A DNA stretch of 63,754 nucleotides, counting the filler, from Chiloscyllium plagiosum (taxonomy: Eukaryota), in the NCBI RefSeq assembly GCF_004010195.1. It is 3 parts of one record of this genome, joined end to end, with 100 filler letters (N's around TTAATTAATTAA, not from the genome) between each part and the next. Parts side by side here need not be neighbours in the genome. Positions count along the whole stretch, not along the records: positions 1 to 16,925 come from NC_057710.1; positions 17,026 to 40,192 come from NC_057710.1; 1 more part is not named here. The stretch is one strand, 5' to 3'. Positions 12,447 through 23,878 of the stretch are shown piece by piece. The position numbers and the translations under genes are program-made. A model generated the notes under the pieces. That model did no database searches and was not told where the DNA came from. It was given only the letters and a program-made list of their open reading frames with translations. Numbering within the stretch: position 1 is the first letter of the stretch; every line of letters begins with the position of its first letter.

Positions 12447-14081
12447 TTTCAATTAATAGATTTGAAGTTATTAAAGTCACAGGATAAAATATGCCAATGC
12501 TGATTTGTTCTTTTCAGCAGAATATACCAAAGTGATAAGATGCATTTGACTGACACACCCTTCTCATTAAGAAACTTGTGGACTAAATCTTCAGAATGTA
12601 GAAGTTGTGTTTGCTTTTCTTTAAAGTTTTTTGTCAGCTTATTTCTTGAAATAAATATTTTTGAGTGATCCTGTATTTGCTTAGTATAACAGAAATTGAG
12701 TACTGCTGATAAAAAGTACGTTTTAAAAACTTTTTGTCTAACATTTATCAGAACAGATAAAACAATACCATATTTCAAAGAAAACAAAATTTTCAATTTG
12801 TGTGTATTCATACACTGAGACGTGTCCTCAGAAAAGCAAAACCAAACTAATAAATACACTTTGGATTCAGACTCCATTGTTTAAGTGTGCATTGTAGGAA
12901 ATTCTGCTTTGTGTGATCAGTACACTGCTGGAATTCTTAGGCAGCCCGGATCACCCACCAGGTCCCTGGTCGTGATAGTGGACTTAATAAATGTGGTGTG
13001 ATAAAATAGGAGGCAGGTGTTTCAGGGGCAAAGAATCTCAGTGTTTATTGAAACACAAAATTGAATATTTCTATAAAATAACAGAAAAGTGAACATATCA
13101 CAAGAAAACAAAAGAAAATGGAAAATTACAAGCATTGGAATTAATACAGTCAAGAACAGATGTTAGTACTAAAATATACTATTACTCTGACACAAGTTAG
13201 TTACTGCTACACACAGAACAGCAATATAATCCCAAGTACCTGAATAAAGAGACCTTCCTGACCTTGGTTGCCCTGCACCATTGCCAACCCACCTCCCCAC
13301 TTCCTGCTAACGAGTGGATTTTGGGGTCTCAATGAAATTGAGCTCACCACTGGAACAGTATGATGTTGAAGTGCAGGTGGCTATTCCTGCTCTCCATAGT
13401 TGGTGCTCTGGTGAGGACTTTGGATGCTGTAGGCCTTCAGTCTCGGCTGTGTTTGCTGATGTTGTAAGATGTGTTTTAAACCTGTCGGGTGAATACCTCG
13501 ATTATTCTTATTTCTAGTGGTTCTTGCAAGCACGTCTTCGTCTTTGAAGATGTCTGAGATCAGGGTTGCAGATCAGATTGGTGTTGGTGCTCTTGGGTGT
13601 CTTCGGTTGTCAGGTCTGTGGTTTGTGGCCAGTCAATGGAGGTTGGAGATGGCTGGGAGAATCGTTCTCGATGTGGTAGTCTTCTCCTGGCGGTAGTTGT
13701 GGAGATAGCTTTACTCGTTTGTTTCAACCACTTCTGACTTCTCTCTCTCCTTTTCCCCTGGGCTAAGGTCCTCCAATTGTACAAAGTGGAAGACCACTTC
13801 CCCACCAAATCTGAATTTGGTTACTGAGCTGTTGTTCCTCCTCTTGGGGCTGAATGAGTCTCCAGACCACTGAATGAGGTCTGATTTTTCTCCGATTAAA
13901 ATGACTGGTTTCGATAGTTTTGAATGTCCAGTTTGGTTAGATGTAGGTTAAAGTTTTACTGGTAGTGTGAAGATCACATTCAAAGGCAAACAGGTTTGCA
14001 TATAATGCAATGGTGTGGAATGTTCAGTATCTCTTGCGTTCGAGTAAACCGATTAAATGTTGAATGGTCTTGTATTTTTGT

Positions 14082-15344
14082 AGGGTTGAGAGTGTGGTGT
14101 TGGAAAAGCACAGCAGATCAGCCAGCATCTGAGGAGCAGGAAAATCGACATTTCGGGGAAAAACCCTTCATCAGGAATGAGGCAAGGAGCTTCTGAGGTG
14201 GAGCGATAAATGGGAGGGCGTGCTGGGGGGGGAGGTAGCTGAGAGTGCGATACGTGGATGGGGGTGAGGNNNNNNNNNNNNNNNNNNNNNNNNNNNNNNN
14301 NNNNNNNNNNNNNNNNNNNNNNNNNNNNNNNNNNNNNNNNNNNNNNNNNNNNNNNNNNNNNNNNNNNNNNNNNNNNNNNNNNNNNNNNNNNNNNNNNNNN
14401 NNNNNNNNNNNNNNNNNNNNNNNNNNNNNNNNNNNNNNNNNNNNNNNNNNNNNNNNNNNNNNNNNNNNNNNNNNNNNNNNNNNNNNNNNNNNNNNNNNNN
14501 NNNNNNNNNNNNNNNNNNNNNNNNNNNNNNNNNNNNNNNNNNNNNNNNNNNNNNNNNNNNNNNNNNNNNNNNNNNNNNNNNNNNNNNNNNNNNNNNNNNN
14601 NNNNNNNNNNNNNNNNNNNNNNNNNNNNNNNNNNNNNNNNNNNNNNNNGGACAGGCATGAGAGCGGTGCTGAACTGGAAGGTTGGATAAGGTGGGGGGAG
14701 GGGAAATGAGGAAACTGGTGAAATTCACATTGATGCCATGGGATTGGAGGGTCCTGAGGTGGAAGATGAGGCATTCTTCCTCCACGTGTCAGGTGATTAA
14801 GGATTGGCATTGGAGGAGGCTTAGGACCTGCATGTCCTTGGTGGACGGGGAGGGGGATTTGAAGTGTTCGGCCAAGGGGTGATGGAGTTGGTTGGTGCGG
14901 GTGTCTTGGACATGTTCTCTGAAGTGCTCTGCAAGTAGGCCTACTCACAGAACCCTTCAGAGAACATCTCTGGGACACCCGCACCGTGGCCGAACACTTC
15001 AACTCCCTCTCCTACTCCACCAAGGACATGCAGGTCCTGGGCTTCCTCCATTGCCACTCCTTAACCACCCGACGCCTGGAGGAAGAACGTCTCATCTTCC
15101 ACCTCAGGACCCTCCAATCTCATGGCACCAATGTGGGTTTTACCAGTTTCCTCATTTCCCCTCCCCCCACCTTATCCCAGTTCCAACCTTCCAGTTCAGC
15201 ATTGCTTTCATGACCTGTCCTACCTGTCCATGTTCCTTCTCATCTATCCGCTCCACCTTCCCCACCCCCATCCATTGATCGCACTCTCAGCTACCTTCCC
15301 CCAAGCCCCACCCCCCTCCCGTTTATCTCTCCACCCCCGAGGCT
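14082..15344. mobile_element. Penelope-like element remnant in inverted arrangement (GIY-YIG C-terminus plus 3' repeat; probably Neptune group)
   Basis: The plus arm encodes AEHFNS...DMQVLGFLHC...RRLEEERLIFHLRTLQSHGTN, resembling the PLE GIY-YIG C-terminus. 14650-14935 is its reverse complement. HHR motif at the left end. Contains an N gap at 14270-14648. Confidence 0.75.
14141..14178 (-). ncRNA. Minimal hammerhead ribozyme motif
   Basis: Minus strand reads TTC-CTGATGA-A-GGG-TTTTTC-CCC-GAAA-TGTC-GA. Confidence 0.65.
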
Positions 15345-15781
15345 GAATACAATAAAATTCAGGGAGGTTCTACAAAGACAAATTCTATATGGGTAAAGAT
15401 ACAAAAATGAAAAATAAGCCTACAATTAGCTATGTACAGTACAGACTGTAAAACAATGGGATAAAATTAAAATTACTTGCAAGGTAAAATAGGATAAATT
15501 GAGAGATACAAGGGGGAAAGGCAGGCAGACAGTCAAATATAAAGCAAAACAACTATGTCTTCATATTTAATGTTTATTTTCCTAATAACAAAACACACAC
15601 ATATTGGCACTGTAAGGTGGGGCAAAATTCCCTATCAGATACCCTGGACTAAAACCCTCTGAACTTGGGATACGAGTTTGTGGAATTCATGTTTGAATTA
15701 AGATTTACGGTCAGATCCTCCACTGATACTTTTATTTCTTTCTTTCCTTCCACGTTCTCATAAATTCTACAGAATCATAGG

Positions 15782-16240
15782 GGAGGTGATTGCTTAGTGG
15801 TATTATCACTGGATTGTTAATCCAGAGATCCTGGTGATTTCTGGGGACCTGTCTTCAAATCCTATGGCAGATGGTGGAATTTGAATTCAATTTTTAAAAA
15901 AAATCATGTGGAGGCGTTGGTGTTCAACTGGCGTGGACAAAGTTGCAAATCACACAACACCAGGTTATAGTCCAACAGGTTTATTTGGAAGCACTGCCTT
16001 TCGAGGCGCTGCCTCTTCATCCAAATAATGAAATTAAGAGTCTGTTGATGACCATTAATCCATTGTTGATAGAGAGAAACACCCATCTGCTTCACTAATG
16101 CCTTTAGGGGAAGGAAACTGCTATCTTTACCTGGTCTGGCCTACCTGTGACACCAGACCCACAGCAATGTGGTTGTCTCTGAGCAATTAGACATGCGCTT
16201 AGCCTGTGTTGCCCCCATTCAATGATTGAATAATAAAGAA
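15782..16240 (+). mobile_element. tRNA-derived SINE interrupted by a PLE-derived insertion (~15905-16025)
   Basis: 5' TAGTGGTATTATCACTGG...TTCAAATCC (tRNA-like) and body GGGAAGGAAACTGC...TGGTCTGGCCTAC. The insert carries a degenerate HHR on the minus strand (GATGA-A-GAGGC-AGC-GCCTC-GAAA, 15990-16023). Confidence 0.65.
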
Positions 16241-16329
16241 AAGTCACAAATGTAGCACAGAATATAAGCATTCAGTCATCAAGGCTGTACTATGTTTTGT
16301 TTTTGATTAGAGCTGTTAAACTAATCCAA

Positions 16330-16695
16330 ACAAAAGTAGAAATTGCTGGAGAAACTCAGTAAGTTTTGCAGCGCCTGTGGAGAGAAAGCAGAGTTAATGT
16401 TTCAAATCTAGTGACCCTTCTTCAGAAGTGCAGAAATGTTAACTCACACTGGCTGAGTTTCTTCAGCAATTTTTGTTTTTATTTTAGATTACCTAGTTTG
16501 TCTTATTAAACTAATCCAAAACCCTACAGTTTCCCCATATCCCTCTGATTCTTTTTCAATGATGTGGAGGTGCCAGTGTTGGATAGGGTGGGCAAAGTCA
16601 GAAGTCACATGACACCAGGTTACAGTCCAACAGCTTTATTTGAAATCACAAGCTTCTGGAGTTTATTTCAAATAAACCTGTTGGACTATAACCTA
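16330..16695. mobile_element. Two small PLE-derived fold-back elements (16330-16490; 16560-16695)
   Basis: Inverted arms AATTGCTGGAGAAACTCAG / CTGAGTTTCTTCAGCAATT enclose an HHR motif on the minus strand at 16391-16427 (CTGAAGA-A-GGGTC-ACTA-GATTT-GAAA-CATT). The second element has arms AGGTTACAGTCCAACAGCTTTATTTGAAAT / ATTTCAAATAAACCTGTTGGACTATAACCT. Confidence 0.65.
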
Positions 16696-16925
16696 GAACA
16701 TAGAACATAGAATAATACAGCACAGAACAGGCCCTTCGGCCCACGATGTTGTGCCGAACATTTGTCCTAGCTTAAGCACCCATCCATGTACCTATCCAAT
16801 TGCCGCTTAAAGGTCACCAAAGATTCTGACTCTACCACTCCCACAGGCAGCGCATTCCATGCCCCCACCACTCTCTGGGTAAAGAACCCACCCCTGACAT
16901 CCCCCCTATACCTTCCACCCTTCAC
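16695..16925 (-). mobile_element. CR1 3' end running into a gap
   Basis: (AGAACAT)n tail and CAGGCCCTTCGGCCC stem. The minus strand reads FFTQRVVGAWNALP. Confidence 0.85.
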
Positions 16926-17025
16926 NNNNNNNNNNNNNNNNNNNNNNNNNNNNNNNNNNNNNNNNNNNNTTAATTAATTAANNNNNNNNNNNNNNNNNNN
17001 NNNNNNNNNNNNNNNNNNNNNNNNN
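16926..17025. other. Artificial 100-bp contig linker (N44-TTAATTAATTAA-N44)
   Basis: Exact symmetric structure with the six-frame-stop 12-mer at 16970-16981. Confidence 0.9.
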
Positions 17026-17280
17026 GTTACTGTGGTGTGAGGGTTGGTCTGAGAGCAGGCAGGTTACTGTGGTGAGGGGTGTTCTGAGAGCAGGTAGGTT
17101 ACTGTGGTGTGAGGGTTGGTCTGAGAGCAGGCAGGTTACTGTGGTGTAAGAGTTGGTCTGAGAGCAGGCAGGTTACTGTGGTGAGGGGTGTTCTGAGAGC
17201 AGGTAGGTTACTGTGGTGTGAGGGTTGGTCTGAGAGCAGGCAAGTTACTGTGGTGTGAGGGTTGGTCTGAGAGCAGGCAG
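17026..17280. repeat. Minisatellite, 35/37-bp units, 7 copies
   Basis: Units GTTACTGTGGTGTGAGGGTTGGTCTGAGAGCAGGCAG (37) and GTTACTGTGGTGAGGGGTGTTCTGAGAGCAGGTAG (35). Truncated on the left by the linker. Confidence 0.95.
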
Positions 17281-20009
17281 GCTGATGTGGTGAGGCTAGT
17301 GAACAGGGTATCAAGAAGGGTAGTGAGCCACATGCAGGGAAATTGTTGTGAAGAAGCAGTTGCATGATGGCTAGGACAAGCAGCTACCAGGATGTGACTC
17401 AGGGTTATACATTGCACATTTGTGCTAAATAGTTCCTTTGGGGTGAAGAGGAGAATGAGAAGAGCAGTATAAATAAGGTACACTGAACTTGGATAAGTTG
17501 AATGAACGTAGTAAGGTGGCTGCTACTCAATAATGTGATTCTGAAGTCACTGTTTCAACTTTGAGGGGCAAATTAGACAACATTTTCTTGACATTGAGAA
17601 TCTGATTATTTCATTCTCACTGTATTTTCCCACCTTTCTTGCCATTACTCACACCATACCATGGATGAGGAAATCCCACCCATAAACTGCAAGCTTCATC
17701 AGGCTGTTGGTTTACCAGATAAACACACAACTCTCGTCTTGAAAATTTGTGCTTCCTATTTCATTCTTCTTAATGATCTGCCTGTAGCATATGCCAAAGA
17801 TGCAACTGTAATGAATTATCAATTGTATGTCTGATGCCTGACTCCTGAAGCAACTGTTCCCAAGGGGGACACAGGAGTGCTTTACAGATTTCCTTAAAAC
17901 ATCGCAGAAGAGATTAATCATCAAACCCCACCCAATCATGGGAATCACTGGCTTGTGACCAATGAAAATGACGCTTCCTTAGGATGGTACAGAATCAAGA
18001 AACGTTGTTTGGAATGTGCAGAGTCAAAGTCGAGGCATCAGAGAGAGTGAACAAAACTCTCAGCAACTCAATTACCCAAGCCTTCAAATAGTATCTGGTC
18101 TGAATATGGTAGTGTCTGCAGTACATGCATTGGACTTATCAACCATCTTGGATTTCATCAAACAGAAATGGGAACAAATCATCCCCAATCCCGAGGGACT
18201 GCTTAAGAAGAGTGAAATTGTAAACCAAAACACAAGTCGGATTGAGAGAAAGTATATTTTCCTTCTCTGCCTTGGTAATAGGAAATCACTTGTTAAACGA
18301 ATTGCCAATTAGCATTTCTAGATGCTCAGGTTTAAAGAGGAATCTACCAATGTATAGCACATTCAGTCTGTCTAGTATGTGGGTGTCTTTTTGTGCCATA
18401 TGTAAATGGCTAAGTAAAATGCAGTCTGAAAGGAAACCTTTATTTAGCTGAGTTATTATTAGCAAGTCCATGTACAGGAGACCTGAATGAATCACTGACC
18501 CAAGAGTGGGCTTTGTGGGACATTTGTTTGGTACCTCAATCTTCAAGTAACAGTAGGGACTCTGTCTCTTCAACAGATACCTCAAAATGTGTTTTCCTCT
18601 TGTTTGAACTATTTTGGTCTCTTTTCACAAAAAATACTTCAGAGCAACATATTTTCAAAGAGTTGGTGGTTAGTCTACTGCTTGTTCAGGTGGATTCCAG
18701 TGTTAGTCATCAAGTCTATTACATATCAATGGTGGTGTGATGACATTTTGGCTGCCAAATAAAAATTTTGTGGAATGTTTATTCTTTATGGTAAAAGTTG
18801 ACTCACTTTGTATTTGAAGATACTTAAACCAAATGCTGGATCACATATAAAAGACACAGCGCTCCAAGATCCCAGCAAGAAAGTAAATATTGCTCCACTT
18901 GAGTAACAGGTAGCATTCATCTCATTCTGGTCAAATTTACAGATTGCCAAATGATGAATGGTCTTGAACTAACCGTCAGTGTAAACAGCTTAAATGGAGA
19001 AATTCTCCTTTCTGTCCTGACATAATATTTAATCCTTAATTTACTAACAGATTCCAATCAAAAGATTCCAGTCTTTTGAGGCTGATTGACTTCCTCATTT
19101 CGACTTGCGCTCACTTTGTTTCAAAGAACTTTCGTGATAAATAATATGAACATGAGAATAATGCATATTGCTCATTTTAAAAATACTTTTGTTCAAGTGC
19201 CTTAATAAATCAGTTTGGTGAATATTTCATCAAATTTTCTGAATAGCAAAATCACTGGTTACATCTGCCATTAATTTGTGAACTCTGTTGAACTGCTTGA
19301 GTTTTGATACTATTCAACCAACTGTAGGGAATAGGTGTTATTTGCCAAGAGACGGAGAGAGAACATTCATGTTATTGGCTACTTAATTTAGAAGAGTTAA
19401 GAATATTACTTAATCCATTTCAAATATTAAGCACTTCCTTTTAAATATTGAGTAGAATGTTGAGTATTAAATGAAATCCCATTATAGTCCGCATTATTTA
19501 GCAGGGATTTATGCTTCTCTTCTGCCAGTTTAATTACTTGACTTATTGCCTATTATTTTCTCGGAGGTTGATCAGGGCTAGATCAGAAGTCAATTGAATA
19601 AGATGGCGGTTGATTGGGTAGGCTTCAAAACTGGGCAGTGAGGATGGCAGGGGCCTGAGTGAGTGGGTGGTCAAAGTCTTTGTGATGGGGTGGAATCAGA
19701 GGCCTGGTTTGCAGATGGGATAGGATTGCAGATTTGAAGAAGAGGGGGTTGTGGGCCTTTTTTGGGATGTAGTGTTTGTAGGTTGAAATCCCAGGGTGGT
19801 GGGTTCATGACAGTCGTAATCTGTGATAGTGTGAAAGTAGAGTCTAAGAACTGGGAATGGAAGCTGTTGAGGGCTCTGATCACAAAGGCCTTTTAGGCTG
19901 GAGCCTGGATCTGGGAGGTAGGTGTAATGGCCCATTCCTCCACTGAGCCTGTGCTCACTAATGTGGACTCCAACCCAGAGAAGTAATGTCATCATTGGAA
20001 AATTCTTGT

Positions 20010-20315
20010 TTTCAGTCCATTGAAACTTTCTCCTGGTTGTAATCTCCTCCAGCACAGCATTATGAGAAATCTGTACTCCTCTTGTTCTGGATTCTTGAAC
20101 GTTCTTGAGTTTAGTTGTTCAACTTTTGGTGGATATGCCTTCAGGTGCCTTGATCATAAACCTCTCCAGCTTTCTACGTTACTTTTCACCTTAAAAATAT
20201 TTCTTAAAGCTTTCGTTTTATTTTAGTGTCTTATTTTATTTTTTGATTAATAATGCTTTTGTGAAGCATCACAAGATATGTTTACTTTGCAAAAGCTGCT
20301 AAAGTGGCTGTTGTC
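20010..20315 (+). mobile_element. L2 LINE 3' remnant
   Basis: TGTAATCTCCTCCAGC...GGTGGATATGCCTTCAG...TTTGTGAAGCA pattern typical of L2 3' ends. Related copies at ~21425-21890 (-) and ~55900-56300 (+). Confidence 0.55.
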
Positions 20316-21896
20316 TTGGAAATTAGCAACCCTGTCACCCAAAGCAAACCAGCGTCCTTTTCCTGAAGTTTAGATTGCCTCTGTAAACACTCTGGATGTC
20401 AATCGGAAAGTCTGAGTGATGAGAACACTTGGAGCTGAAGAAGTCACTATGTTGATGATAAAACACACAACATGATGGACCACCCGCATGTTTCTGGACT
20501 GAAACTTTTCTGATTTCTGAAGATTCTCTTGTTATGCACAGCTGGTCTGGTAGTCACATGTGTATGATCAATTGCACCCAAGACAGTTGGAAAATCTGCA
20601 ATTTAGAAATAAACAAATCATGCTTAACTTCATGTTGCTACTGTGTGGTCCTTGGAAAGCAGATAAAGTGAACTACTCTCTTAACCAGTGAGTCAGTGGG
20701 ACTACACTACTGTGGAAAACCCTATTCCACAACTCTTTAGAAATGGCAGGTGGGACCCAGTTCCAGGATTGCAGCTTCCCCCTCTGCCAATTAGGAGCGC
20801 CCCTAAATTTATGTTAAGTTGGGATAAGGGGGCTCACACCTTGCATTCCAAACTGGCTGGCTCCATTTTGGGATTGGCAACTCTGAAGCCCCTACAATTT
20901 CAAGGTGATCTCAAAGACTCATGGTTCATACACAGCTCCTCAGAGGGATCGTGGATTATACTCTGGAAGGGGATCCTTTTGAAAGATAACATACCAAATT
21001 ATGTTCCCAACCCACCCCATGGCCTCATATTTCCTCCATACTAACTGTATCACTCACCTGATATAGCCTCACATACACTCCAATCCCACTCCTAACATTT
21101 CCATGTCCATTCACCCTAGTGCAGACTGTACAACACTAATGAATCCTATACTAACAATGGAATGTGGTGAAAAGTTAAAGTTAAAGCCACTCAAATCTCT
21201 CAAAAACTGCTGTTATGCCAACTCTATGAAACTGACAATCAACCTGACCTTTAAAGTATCAATTATAGAATCCATAAGTTCTTGACACTCATTTTCATGT
21301 GAAAATCTTATTGAGCCATTAGCAAACAAAAGCCTATCAATGAAGCTATATGTTCAACAAACTAATGTAAGTCTGGTCTTTCCACCGAACTTCATTATTG
21401 AATTCTTGGATGTGGAGGTTAGGCTACTTAAGGCATGGCAACCAATGGAAGAAAACTAAGCTTGAGAATGCACAAGAGCCCAAAATTAAAGGAACATAAA
21501 TATTTCAAACAATTGTGAGATTGGAGGAGATTACAGCCATCATGAGTGGCATGTCCATGGAGGGGGTTGGAAAACAAGGTTGAGCATTTTAAGATCAACG
21601 CTTTACTTGACCAGAAATTAATGTAGATCGACAAGCTCTGAGTAATGTGGATAAATGACATACTGCAAGTTAAGATCAATGCAGTAGAATTTTAAGTGAG
21701 CTCCATTTTATGGAGGGTAAACTGTGGGAGACCAGGCAGGAGTGAATTGAAACAAGTTGACACTAGAGTTAATGAAGAATTGAATGTGGCTTCACAACCA
21801 GAGGTGCTGAGACAGTGGCTATGTTGAGTGATGCTACCGAGGTGAACATAGGTAGTCTTAGAGATAGCACAAAAATAAGGTCAGAGATTTAACATA

Positions 21897-22231
21897 GCAT
21901 GGTAGCTCAGTGGTTAGCACTATTCCCTCACAGTGCCAGGAACCCGGGTTCAATTCCAGCCTCGGGCGACTGTCTGAGGGGAGTTTGCACATTCTCCCCG
22001 TGTCAGCCTGAGTTTCCTTCTGGTGCTCTGGTGCTCTGGTTTCTTCCCACAATCCAACGATGTGCAGATTAGGTGAATTGGCCATGCTAAATTGCCCATA
22101 GTGTTCAGGGATGTGTAAGTTCGGTGTAGTAGTTAGGGGAATGTGTCTGGGTGGGCTCGTCTTCAGAGGGTCAGTGTGGACCTGTTGGGCTGAATGGCCA
22201 TTTTCCGCGCTGTAAGGGTTCTATGGTTTAT
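21897..22231 (+). mobile_element. tRNA-derived SINE (HE1/V-SINE-like), full length
   Basis: A-box TGGTAGCTCAGTGGTTAGC, B-box GGTTCAATTCC, body GGAGTTTGCACATTCTCCCCGTG, CR1-type tail. Confidence 0.85.
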
Positions 22232-22299
22232 CGTGGGGCAGTGACCAAGGCTCTAGAAATGACCATGCCAAACTCAGTGCTGTTGACTCTACAATGTCC

Positions 22300-23320
22300 T
22301 CCTTATTTGAATCTGGGGGCTAGTGGTAAAATTGAGAGTGTTACCTTACAGACTATGAAGCAATAGTCTGACATAGTCAGGTAAAGGGAATCATACTCTA
22401 CCTTAGACTACATCCCAGAGACCAACATTACCATTCCTGTCCCACCAGTAAGACAGACCCCAGAAGTGATGGCACGGCATTATACAGTTAAGATGGAGTT
22501 GCCTTGGGAGTCCAGAACATTGACTCCAGACCCCATGAAGCCTCATGGCATAAAATCAAACATTGGCATCTAAATCTATTCCTGATTACCAAATAACACC
22601 ACCATCTCCCCTTATCCACCTAGCTGATGTTGAATGCTACTTAGAAGAAGCACTGAGGGCGACTCTCCAAACCATGTTCACTGTCTACAAGGCACAAGTC
22701 AGATGGAATCTGATGAATTCTGATTGCTGGCAGGCCTCAGTAGATACCCTGAGAATTAATTGTAGCACAATATAGGCACACAAAATACAGATAACTGCAC
22801 AAAGATGGAATACTTATCACTAGCCTGGATAACTGCAGCTCCAACAACACTTAAGAAGCTTGACACCATCCAGGATAAAGCAGCCCGCTTGATTGTCACT
22901 ACATCCACAATATCAACCCCCAAAAGCAGTGGTGTGTACCATCTCAAGATGGCTTCACCAAGGCATCTTAAACAGTGCCTTACCATGGCCACTACCATCT
23001 AGAGTGACCAGACCACCAGATATTTTGCAACCACCTGAAATTTCTTCTCCAAGACACTCACTATCATGACTTAGAAATATATCATTGTTTCTTATTGTCA
23101 CTGGGTCAAAATCATGGAACTCCCTCCCTAATGGTATTGTGGGTGTAGCTATAAAAGACACAAATTTATTTTCCATTGCTAATTGGTCTTGTGAAAGTGG
23201 TGTCGAGCTGCCTTCTTAAACTGCTCACCACCACTTTCACAAGAGCAATTAGCAATGGAAAATAAATGTTGGCTCAACCAATGGAGCACACATCCCCTGG
23301 GTGTAAAAGTAAAAGAAATT
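22300..23320 (+). mobile_element. Deleted CR1/L2-group LINE remnant
   Basis: YKAQVR...MEYLSLAWITAAPTTLKKLDTIQDKAARLI. The 3' tail GCAATTAGCAATGGAAAATAAATGTTGGC...CACATCCC is shared with the SINE family at 15782. Confidence 0.65.
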
Positions 23321-23878
23321 CATTAAATAAACTGTGGAGCGAAATAAAAATCCTTCTCCCATGACTGTTCTCCCTACATCTCCAACCCTCTCATTATGAT
23401 TTGCATTCCAAAAAAATTCCTTATGCATCAACCTATTCTAAAATGCATCCTGGGACTCAATGATGAAATGTATATAAATCAATAAATTTTTATTGTTCAT
23501 ACATGTTCCAAATGATTGAAATTATGTGAAACACTGCCACATCTTACCAAAATGCTGACTGTTCTTATTCAACTCATGTCTGACTGACTGGTGAGTGACA
23601 GGGGAGATATCTCTAAAGTTTTCAAGGATAAGCCTCAGGAATTTGATTGCAGCCACTCTTCTGTTGCATTTTTAAGAGGAATGGGCCACTCGTCTAAAAC
23701 AATTTCAAGAGCTTTCTTTGAAAGTAATTCAAACAATGTAGCCTCATTGTTATTCTCATAAAAGATTGTCTCCTTCAAATAAATCGCCCATGCAAGGCAC
23801 ACCTCTTGCTGCCCAATGTTTGAATCCTGAATCCATTATCCCCGTTTGAAAACCCAGCATTACAATCTTGGCTGTACG

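Noticed and set aside
12920..14000. Possible solo LTR (also 5335-5650)
   Set aside because: The composition is LTR-like, but I could not define TG...CA ends, a TSD or a second copy.
14053..14785. Long ORFs in the track spanning N runs (also 24001-25128, 40245-40640)
   Set aside because: Lengths are inflated by X from gaps, and the real parts are PLE or CR1 fragments.
16970..16981. TTAATTAATTAA palindrome (also 40237-40248) as a biological motif
   Set aside because: It is centred in symmetric N44 pads, so it is an artificial stop-codon linker.
17026..17280. CRISPR-like array of 35-37-bp repeats
   Set aside because: Units are head-to-tail with no unique spacers, there are no cas genes, and the context is eukaryotic. 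It is a minisatellite.
21897..21965. tRNA gene (also the heads of the 8756, 36998 and 44792 copies)
   Set aside because: The A/B boxes continue into a SINE body and LINE-type tail, with no complete cloverleaf.
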